This document shows, one piece after another, positions 7,088 to 12,077 of a stretch of 12,077 nucleotides of DNA (position 1 is the stretch's first letter; every line of letters begins with the position of its first letter). The position numbers and the translations under genes were made by a program. The notes under the pieces were generated by a model that searched no databases, was not told where the DNA came from, and was given only the letters and a program-made list of their open reading frames with translations. Source of the DNA: Candidatus Eiseniibacteriota bacterium (GTDB lineage: Bacteria > Joyebacterota > Joyebacteria > Joyebacterales > Joyebacteraceae); assembly GCA_043819135.1 (NCBI GenBank), contig JBDRFG010000076.1:1-12077 (forward strand), read 5' to 3'.

Positions 7088-7692
7088 CCGTTGTTATCTC
7101 CCTTTGGTGGGTCCGGGGGCTTCTTGTGGTAGCGTGAGTTGTTTTCGATGCCGCCCTTGCCCTCGGGGCCGTGCAGCCAGAGCCACACCATCGCGCTCCA
7201 GCAGTTGCCGCAGACGGCGACCTCGCGACCACCGACCGCACCCTGGTTCCACGTCGGGGACACGACCCTGTAGCTGGTCTCGTAGCCGGGAATCCGGCAG
7301 ATATCGCAGGGACGCATCCCCTTGCCGAACCGGAACATGTAGCCGAGGTCGGCGCACTCCTCGGCGTCCTCGAGGCGGACCAACAGGTTGTCGAGCTTGC
7401 CCGCCCTCACCTGCTCGATCCCGAGCGCGGCGCGCGTGTTGAACAGCTCGCGCCGAACCTCATCGCGCTCGTGTTCGGCCTCTCGCGCCAGGTCGGTCTG
7501 CCGGGCGAGTATCGCTGCGTTGTGCTTCAGGTCCTCCCGCGCCTCGCCCCGCTCGTAGAGCAGCCGCCGAATCTCATCGAACAGCGCTTCGACGGTGCGC
7601 CGCTCGTGCCGCAGCTCTGGCCCCTCGCTGATGAGAGCCCACAGGTCATCGATGAACACGGCCTTGGGCTTGTCGGGGTCGTTGGCTCCCAT
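7084..7692 (-). CDS. coiled-coil protein with C-terminal Zn-finger-like motifs, ~202 aa
   Basis: Start moved to ATG 7692, 2 nt after the upstream stop; heptad-like E/R/L-rich middle; CDIC and CGNC motifs; ATGA overlap with the next gene. Confidence 0.7.
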   Translation of the reverse strand: MGANDPDKPKAVFIDDLWALISEGPELRHERRTVEALFDEIRRLLYERGEAREDLKHNAAILARQTDLAREAEHERDEVRRELFNTRAALGIEQVRAGKLDNLLVRLEDAEECADLGYMFRFGKGMRPCDICRIPGYETSYRVVSPTWNQGAVGGREVAVCGNCWSAMVWLWLHGPEGKGGIENNSRYHKKPPDPPKGDNNG

Positions 7693-7694
7693 GG

Positions 7695-7895
7695 TCAGGC
7701 CGATCCCTTCGGGGTCATGTCGGTCCACGCGCCCGCCGGGGCGGTTGCCCAGCGGCACAGCGCCGTCACCTGGACACAGCACTCCAGAAGCTCGTCGCCA
7801 TCATACTGCGCCTCGACAACGACGCGGAGCCTGTCGTCCGTGGACTCCAGAACGAAGCGGTACGGTTTTTTGCATCCCGGACAGTGAAAGTCCAT
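7695..7895 (-). CDS. small Cys-containing hypothetical protein, 66 aa
   Basis: AAGGAG RBS; CPGC motif; follows the site at 7918-7945. Confidence 0.7.
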   Translation of the reverse strand: MDFHCPGCKKPYRFVLESTDDRLRVVVEAQYDGDELLECCVQVTALCRWATAPAGAWTDMTPKGSA

Positions 7896-7924
7896 GTGTC
7901 ACTAACTCCTTTCCAGAAGTGGTT

Positions 7925-8329
7925 CTAATCACTGTTAGTGACCCGACGGGGGCGCCGGCGGTTTTTGAGCCGTTCTCGCATGAAGCGGTCGAGCTCGGCC
8001 TGCGTGAACATCAGGGTCCCTCGAGCCCCCCGCCCGATTGGATGGAGTTCGCCGCGTCGTACTGTCTGGCGCACACCCGACGTCGAGTTGTAGCGCAAGT
8101 ACGCGGCGGCCTCGTCGCACGAGAGGTAGCACGACTTGGCGGCCTCGTTCGCCCTGTACCGTGCTCGCGCGATCCGCTCTCGTTCCCGTATCCGGCCCTC
8201 GCGCCGGGCCCCCCTGGTCGCCGTCTCCCCGGTCGCCCGGTCCAGGCACACGTAGCACCGAGCCGCCGCGACCTCCTCTTCCGAAAGCAGCGACGCCCCG
8301 CAGTTTCCGCATGTGCTGTCCTTGGGCAT
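7925..8329 (-). CDS. excisionase/MerR-type (HTH_17-like) DNA-binding protein with N-terminal Zn finger, 134 aa
   Basis: YLSCDEAAAYLRYNSTSGVRQTVRRGELHP...LMFTQAELDRFM fits the Xis-like winged HTH pattern; CGNC...CYVC; flanked by array sites. Confidence 0.8.
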   Translation of the reverse strand: MPKDSTCGNCGASLLSEEEVAAARCYVCLDRATGETATRGARREGRIRERERIARARYRANEAAKSCYLSCDEAAAYLRYNSTSGVRQTVRRGELHPIGRGARGTLMFTQAELDRFMRERLKNRRRPRRVTNSD

Positions 8330-8345
8330 GTGCCTCTAACTCCTA

Positions 8346-8561
8346 TTAGTGTCCGTTCGCCCATGCGGTCGTCACGGCATCGAAATCGTACCCGGAGGCG
8401 AGCAACTCTAGGAGCTCACTCCGGGTGACTCGAAGATTCCACAGCCCTCGTTCGGTCGTCCAGATCGACCACGCCCGCCCCTCCTTGAGGTCTCTATAGG
8501 TGGGCACGTCGCCGGGAGCCCGGTTGATCAGCCGGTCCAGGACCGTTTGTTTGTTATTCAT
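8346..8561 (-). CDS. hypothetical protein, 71 aa
   Basis: GAGGT RBS; fills the interval between two sites; TAA stop lies in a site arm. Confidence 0.7.
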   Translation of the reverse strand: MNNKQTVLDRLINRAPGDVPTYRDLKEGRAWSIWTTERGLWNLRVTRSELLELLASGYDFDAVTTAWANGH

Positions 8562-8577
8562 GGGTTACCTCGTTCCT

Positions 8578-8802
8578 CTAATCTCGGTTATCGCACTCGG
8601 CAACCATCCGAAGGCCGCGGAATACCTCGACGAGACCCCGTGCGATGTCTTCGTCCTCTTCTGCAACCTCACGGCAGATCGCAATCACCCTTGAGAGCGT
8701 GTCCCAGTCGCGCACACGCAGGATGGGCTGCTCCGTCCGGAGCTCGTACACACCCGCGTGGGGCATTCTCGCCCGGACGATAACTTCGTTGGCTTCGTGC
8801 AT
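8578..8802 (-). CDS. hypothetical protein, 74 aa
   Basis: AAGGAG RBS; ends CDNRD* with TAG in a site arm. Confidence 0.7.
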   Translation of the reverse strand: MHEANEVIVRARMPHAGVYELRTEQPILRVRDWDTLSRVIAICREVAEEDEDIARGLVEVFRGLRMVAECDNRD

Positions 8803-8853
8803 CGGTCGCTAACTCCTTGTCCGTGGTGGTCCTAACGCTCGTTATCGCACCGT

Positions 8854-9039
8854 CTACTGACTGCTTACGGCGTCGAAAATGGAGTCGAAGCCGTCGTCGA
8901 GCTTCCATCTGATCTCGTTCAGTTCTTCGGCGACGCGACCGAGGTTGTTGGCGATGCACACCAGGGGGTCGTGGTGGTCCTCCTTCACGGCCATCTCCCC
9001 CCCACATCGGCTGCAGACGTACTCCTGTGTGTTATCCAT
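8854..9039 (-). CDS. hypothetical protein, 61 aa (MDNTQEYVCSRC...)
   Basis: Start moved from 9327 to ATG 9039 with GGAGG RBS just after the site at 9049-9076; CSRC and HHDPLVC. Confidence 0.7.
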   Translation of the reverse strand: MDNTQEYVCSRCGGEMAVKEDHHDPLVCIANNLGRVAEELNEIRWKLDDGFDSIFDAVSSQ

Positions 9040-9065
9040 GGGTTCCTCCGTGGTTCTAACAGTCA

Positions 9066-9413
9066 TTAGCGCACCCCCCGTCCGAACGGGTCGTCGGGAT
9101 CGTGCAGCGCTTCCCCATAGCTGTTGACCGTCACCGTCCACTCGTACACCGACTCGCGAGCGACGGCGACGGCGTCCTGCTTCTTGTTCGTCCACGTCCA
9201 GGTCCAGAAACCATCGGACCCGTACTCCTTGGTGTGCCGGAGGCGGATCTTCGATGTCCTGAGTCCCGCACCCTGCGCGTGTGCCCGCGCCCATCGGTCG
9301 ATGGCCCGTAGGACGTCCTCCCGCCACTTGAACGTCTTGGTTCGTTCCTCGCCGCAGAACGAACCGAGCGCGGCTTCGGCCAGCCCCTCGCGTCCATTCC
9401 CAACGGGCGTCAC
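9066..9413 (-). CDS. hypothetical protein, ~115 aa
   Basis: Track ORF 9066..9554 with start moved to GTG 9413 (GTGA overlap with the upstream peptide gene); ends VR* in a site arm. Confidence 0.6.
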   Translation of the reverse strand: MTPVGNGREGLAEAALGSFCGEERTKTFKWREDVLRAIDRWARAHAQGAGLRTSKIRLRHTKEYGSDGFWTWTWTNKKQDAVAVARESVYEWTVTVNSYGEALHDPDDPFGRGVR

Positions 9414-9514
9414 CAGGAGAACGCCCCCAGCGCCGCCGCGATCCCGGCGATCGTGCCGGTTGCCATGATGATCAAAAACAGGATGATCGAGTCGCTGTCG
9501 TCCGAGGGTTCCAT
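9410..9514 (-). CDS. small single-pass membrane peptide, 34 aa (MEPSDDSDSIILFLIIMATGTIAGIAAALGAFSW)
   Basis: Hand-translated, below the track cutoff; AAAGGA RBS, ATG 9514, TGA 9412-9410; one hydrophobic segment. Confidence 0.6.
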   Translation of the reverse strand: MEPSDDSDSIILFLIIMATGTIAGIAAALGAFSW

Positions 9515-9544
9515 CGTCGTTCCTTTCGTGGTTATCCGGTGGTT

Positions 9545-9790
9545 CTAATCGCAATTATCGCACCCGACCAGTTTCGAGAGCTCTTCCTGGGCGATGTTGA
9601 AGTACTCGCAGATCGCGAGTTGGCACCCGTCGCAGACGAGATCCTCGCAGGCAAGCTCCGCTTCGGCATCGGTCTGCTCTGGATGCCGCTTCTCCATGCG
9701 GAGTCCGGTGTGCCCGTCCTCTTCCACGTCTGCGATGAGCGCGATGAAGAAGCACCACTCGTGGGGGCAGGCTCTAATGGTTTTCGTCAT
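9545..9790 (-). CDS. Cys-rich acidic hypothetical protein, 81 aa
   Basis: ATG abuts the upstream site arm (TTAGAGGTAC-ATG); ends CDNCD* in the downstream site. Confidence 0.7.
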   Translation of the reverse strand: MTKTIRACPHEWCFFIALIADVEEDGHTGLRMEKRHPEQTDAEAELACEDLVCDGCQLAICEYFNIAQEELSKLVGCDNCD

Positions 9791-9823
9791 GTACCTCTAA
9801 CAGTCCTTATCGCACGGTCGGCA

Positions 9824-10390
9824 TCAGCCGAGCATGACGGCAACCAGCAAGGCTGTCGCCGCTGCGAGGAGGACGAAGTGCAGCGCGGCGGCACCAGCCC
9901 TGGCCTCCCCGCTGTCGGACGTTGGCTCCTCGTACTCGTACTCCCGCTTGCCTCCGAAGACCCACCAGCCCCCAGCGCGGCTCTTGAGCCGACGGACGCC
10001 CATGCAGGCTCGGCGGTAGGACTTCCACGTCAGCACCCAGAGGACACCGAGAAGCGGTGTACAGATCAGGATCGCGAGAATGTCTTTCGCGACGACCTTC
10101 CAGACGACGAGAGCGACCGTCAGCTTCCCGACATCGGTCTTGGCGAACTCGGCGGTGCGGTCGGTCACCGCCGCGAGCGCGCCGTCAACGGCCTTGCCGA
10201 TCTCGCCCCCGAGGCCGACCCACTCGCCGTACTGCTCAACCTTCGCGGCGAGGTCCCGACGGCCGATCTCGGCCTTCTGCGTCTCCGTGAGCATCGATTC
10301 CGGGACGGAAACGGTCCTGGGTTGGGCTTCCTGGGCGGCGGCCGGCGCGGCGAACGCGACGACGATCGCGGTGATTAGTGTCCTCTTCAT
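9824..10390 (-). CDS. phage-type membrane protein with signal peptide, 188 aa
   Basis: AAGGAGG RBS; signal peptide MKRTLITAIVVAFAAPAAA; further hydrophobic segments; WVGLGGEIGKAV...EFAKTDVGKLTVALVVWK resembles a widespread phage hypothetical family (from memory). Confidence 0.8.
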   Translation of the reverse strand: MKRTLITAIVVAFAAPAAAQEAQPRTVSVPESMLTETQKAEIGRRDLAAKVEQYGEWVGLGGEIGKAVDGALAAVTDRTAEFAKTDVGKLTVALVVWKVVAKDILAILICTPLLGVLWVLTWKSYRRACMGVRRLKSRAGGWWVFGGKREYEYEEPTSDSGEARAGAAALHFVLLAAATALLVAVMLG

Positions 10391-10429
10391 GGGGTCCTCC
10401 TTGTGATTAGACCGTGGTTCTAATGATGG

Positions 10430-10777
10430 TTATCGCACGTCGGGTATCGGCTCGCCGCACCACCAGCACAGCCGGGCTGGCTGCGGCAACATCGGAAGTC
10501 GCATCCCGTCCTGTGGGCGCACGGAGATGCCGTTGTGGTACAGCGCGCGGTGGTAGCCGCAGAAAATCCCCTCGGGGCAACACTCGCAGACGTGGTCGCT
10601 CTCGGAAACACCCGCGCGAACGAGGTTCTCGTCCTGGTCCTGCGTTCTTTCTGGCCGCGCCGTGAAGGCGTTTCCACAGCCGTCCTCCACGTTGACGAAC
10701 CCCTGGTAGTAGAAGCAGAACGGCCTGTCGTCGCGCGACTCCAGACACGGGCAGCCGGTGCAGTTGTTTCGTGGCAT
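10430..10777 (-). CDS. Cys-rich hypothetical protein, 115 aa
   Basis: Fills the interval between two sites; CTGCPC, CECC, CWWC; ends VR* in a site arm; RBS weak. Confidence 0.65.
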   Translation of the reverse strand: MPRNNCTGCPCLESRDDRPFCFYYQGFVNVEDGCGNAFTARPERTQDQDENLVRAGVSESDHVCECCPEGIFCGYHRALYHNGISVRPQDGMRLPMLPQPARLCWWCGEPIPDVR

Positions 10778-10798
10778 CCGAAGTGGTCCTAACGTGGC

Positions 10799-11017
10799 TT
10801 ATCGCACCAGCAGCGCCGCGCGCAGGCCCGCGAGGACCGCCTCCGGGTCCGCGGCCTCGACGATGATGCGGTCGTCTCCGATGCCGACGCGCGCCCACCA
10901 GAGGTTCTCACCCACGAGCCCGCGCTCCTCGGGGGGAACCGTAGCGAAGTCGCGGCCAGCGACGATCGCCTCGACGGCGACGCTGAACTCCTCGGCGGTC
11001 ATCGTTCGTTTTGGCAT
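10799..11017 (-). CDS. hypothetical protein, 72 aa (MPKRTMTAEEFS...)
   Basis: Start moved from 11107 to ATG 11017; GAGGGAG RBS provided by the site arm; ends VR*. Confidence 0.7.
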   Translation of the reverse strand: MPKRTMTAEEFSVAVEAIVAGRDFATVPPEERGLVGENLWWARVGIGDDRIIVEAADPEAVLAGLRAALLVR

Positions 11018-11030
11018 TAGCGTGCTCCCT

Positions 11031-11396
11031 CTAAGCGGTATTAGTGTCCTCAGCGCATTCCCCGCACCGCACGGGGTCGCCCTTCCGTTGCGAGTTCCGT
11101 CGCCCACAAGGACGACAGCACCACGAGCGCCGCGACCCGAAGCGCTCCACGGCGTCGCGCCGGAGCCGCACCTTCACGCCGCACGGACACGAAAATGGGA
11201 GGAGGTCAGTGCGGTACGCGCGCTGCCCTTCGGCCACGGCCTCGCGCTCGAGTCGAACGAGCCTCCTGTCCCTGGATTCCATCGCCCGACACCCCGGCAC
11301 ACTGCAGCGGTGGCCGATCGTCTCGCACGCCGCGTTGAGCACGGCGATGAAGTTGTGCTCGTGGCGTCGGCGCTTCTTGCGTGCGCTAAGTGGCAT
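11031..11396 (-). CDS. basic Cys-rich (Zn-finger-like) hypothetical protein, 121 aa
   Basis: TAATG coupling inside the site at 11379-11406; CSVPGC, CPCG, CCRPC, CGEC; ends DTNTA* in a site. Confidence 0.7.
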   Translation of the reverse strand: MPLSARKKRRRHEHNFIAVLNAACETIGHRCSVPGCRAMESRDRRLVRLEREAVAEGQRAYRTDLLPFSCPCGVKVRLRRDAVERFGSRRSWCCRPCGRRNSQRKGDPVRCGECAEDTNTA

Positions 11397-11521
11397 TAGT
11401 GTCCTCGACGCAGCCGCTTCACCACCCGCATCGCGTGCTCAAGCGCGAGGCCGGCGTAGGCGAGCGGGAGTATGATGGCGAGGAAGGCGGCGCCGAGGAG
11501 GGTTTTAGTGGTGTTTCTCAT
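11396..11521 (-). CDS. small membrane peptide, 41 aa (MRNTTKTLLGAAFLAIILPLAYAGLALEHAMRVVKRLRRGH)
   Basis: Hand-translated, below the track cutoff; ATG follows TTAGAGGCAC, TAA in the next site arm; hydrophobic core and basic tail. Confidence 0.65.
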   Translation of the reverse strand: MRNTTKTLLGAAFLAIILPLAYAGLALEHAMRVVKRLRRGH

Positions 11522-11527
11522 GTGCCT

Positions 11528-11722
11528 CTAACGGTTGTTATCGCCATGTTCCCGTCCCCATGCGTGGCCCGGGTCAGGAACGAACGTGAGCGCCACGACG
11601 TAGGTCTCGCCATCGCCCACGCTGTCCCATTCCTGGGCACGGACGATCCATCCCCCAGGGACGCGCATTCGTGCCGTCGACTCCCCCTCCTCCTTGTTTA
11701 TTTCTTCCCACTCGTCCTTCAT
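11528..11722 (-). CDS. phage-type hypothetical protein, 64 aa (alternative start 11761)
   Basis: GGAGG RBS before ATG 11722; TARMRVPGGWIVR...LTFVPDPGH.W resembles a small phage family (from memory); ends GDNNR* in a site. Confidence 0.7.
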   Translation of the reverse strand: MKDEWEEINKEEGESTARMRVPGGWIVRAQEWDSVGDGETYVVALTFVPDPGHAWGREHGDNNR

Positions 11723-11778
11723 GGCCGATCCTCCGTTTTCGGTGTTATCCGTGGGTTCCATGGTGGTGCTAATTGTGC

Positions 11779-12063
11779 TTATCGCACCGCACGCGGCAGC
11801 AACTTCACGTTCACGACCTTGGGCCAGCAGTCAGGGCACAGAACCGCCGACCGCTGGTTGTTGCGGGACAGGTTACCCCACTCCTTCGGGGGGTTCCACT
11901 GCATCCCGCCCCCGGTCCGGGTGATCTCGGACTCCTCGACGACGTGCTCGACCTTGCAGACGCTGCAGCGGTAGACCGGGACATCGACGGTCCTCGTCGT
12001 CGTTTCGTGTTTGCAGATGTGTTTGCAGATCGGGAACTCGCGCTTCAGCCTAATGGTCTCCAT
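11779..12063 (-). CDS. Zn-ribbon-like hypothetical protein, 94 aa
   Basis: AAGGAGG RBS at the window end; CKHICKH, CSVC, CPDC; ends VR* in a site arm. Confidence 0.75.
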   Translation of the reverse strand: METIRLKREFPICKHICKHETTTRTVDVPVYRCSVCKVEHVVEESEITRTGGGMQWNPPKEWGNLSRNNQRSAVLCPDCWPKVVNVKLLPRAVR

Positions 12064-12077
12064 CGTCAGTCCTCCTT

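Larger units (their letters stand above)
7918..11789 (-). repeat. array of 13 dif-like 28-bp sites (11-6-11) at gene junctions
   Basis: + strand text: 7918 agtggttCTAA-tcactg-TTAGtgacccg; 8329 tgtgcctCTAA-ctccta-TTAGtgtccgt; 8571 cgttcctCTAA-tctcgg-TTATcgcactc; 8825 ggtggtcCTAA-cgctcg-TTATcgcaccg; 9049 cgtggttCTAA-cagtca-TTAGcgcaccc; 9538 ggtggttCTAA-tcgcaa-TTATcgcaccc; 9790 tgtacctCTAA-cagtcc-TTATcgcacgg; 10413 cgtggttCTAA-tgatgg-TTATcgcacgt; 10782 agtggtcCTAA-cgtggc-TTATcgcacca; 11024 gctccctCTAA-gcggta-TTAGtgtcctc; 11379 gcgtgcgCTAA-gtggca-TTAGtgtcctc; 11521 tgtgcctCTAA-cggttg-TTATcgccatg; 11762 ggtggtgCTAA-ttgtgc-TTATcgcaccg. Confidence 0.95.
1..12077. mobile_element. segment of a probable bacterial virus/provirus or integrative element (ends not in window)
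   Basis: Tyrosine recombinase, Xis-like HTH, many short coupled hypothetical genes, no housekeeping genes; bacterial-type SD and -35 motifs. Confidence 0.6.

Noticed and set aside
7918..11789. CRISPR array interpretation of the ~28-bp repeats
   Set aside because: Intervals are 142-623 bp and contain whole genes, the repeat centres vary, and no cas genes are visible
7918..11789. Canonical integron (attC sites)
   Set aside because: Some sites read ...TAAC-N4-GTTAG on the gene strand, partly like attC core boxes, but there are no L boxes or long hairpins, the sites are much shorter than attC, and the recombinase lacks the IntI insertion
7918..11789. Ordinary chromosomal dif or pdif sites for proteobacterial XerCD
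   Set aside because: The conserved XerD arm TTATGTTAAAT is absent and the sites are direct rather than alternating; a divergent host Xer system is not excluded
192..11974. Many long overlapping ORFs in the track (e.g. 575..1237-, 3793..4536+, 5193..6011-, 7595..8428+, 9539..10378+, 10758..11399+)
   Set aside because: Shadow frames typical of high-GC DNA: antisense or off-frame to better supported genes, often R/P/G-biased, no RBS

Overview
GC-rich, densely coding segment that looks like part of a bacterial virus or integrative element. No capsid, terminase or replication gene is recognisable in the window, so the class is not fixed. The left half (126-6513, + strand) encodes a divergent protein-kinase-fold protein, a structured intergenic control region (1379-1618), a coupled operon ending in a XerC/D-like tyrosine recombinase (3030-3887), a large helical protein interrupted at a C10 tract, and a transglutaminase-like Cys-His-Asp protein. 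The right half (6500-12063, - strand) is a run of about 17 small, often Cys-rich hypothetical genes, including an excisionase-type HTH protein. The main result is 13 copies of a ~28-bp site between 7918 and 11789, nearly all in the same orientation. On the gene strand the consensus is GTGCGATAA (or GGACACTAA)-N6-TTAGRACCAC (or TTAGAGG). One copy sits at nearly every gene junction, all 13 spacers differ, and 11 of 13 sites supply the stop codon of the upstream gene. The arm-6 bp-arm geometry matches Xer/dif-type recombination sites. Related sites occur in the control region and over the recombinase's own catalytic Arg codon. The inference is an integron-like gene-cassette array built on dif-like sites and a non-IntI recombinase. 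A repressor-operator array is the main alternative. All calls are by eye, without database searches.
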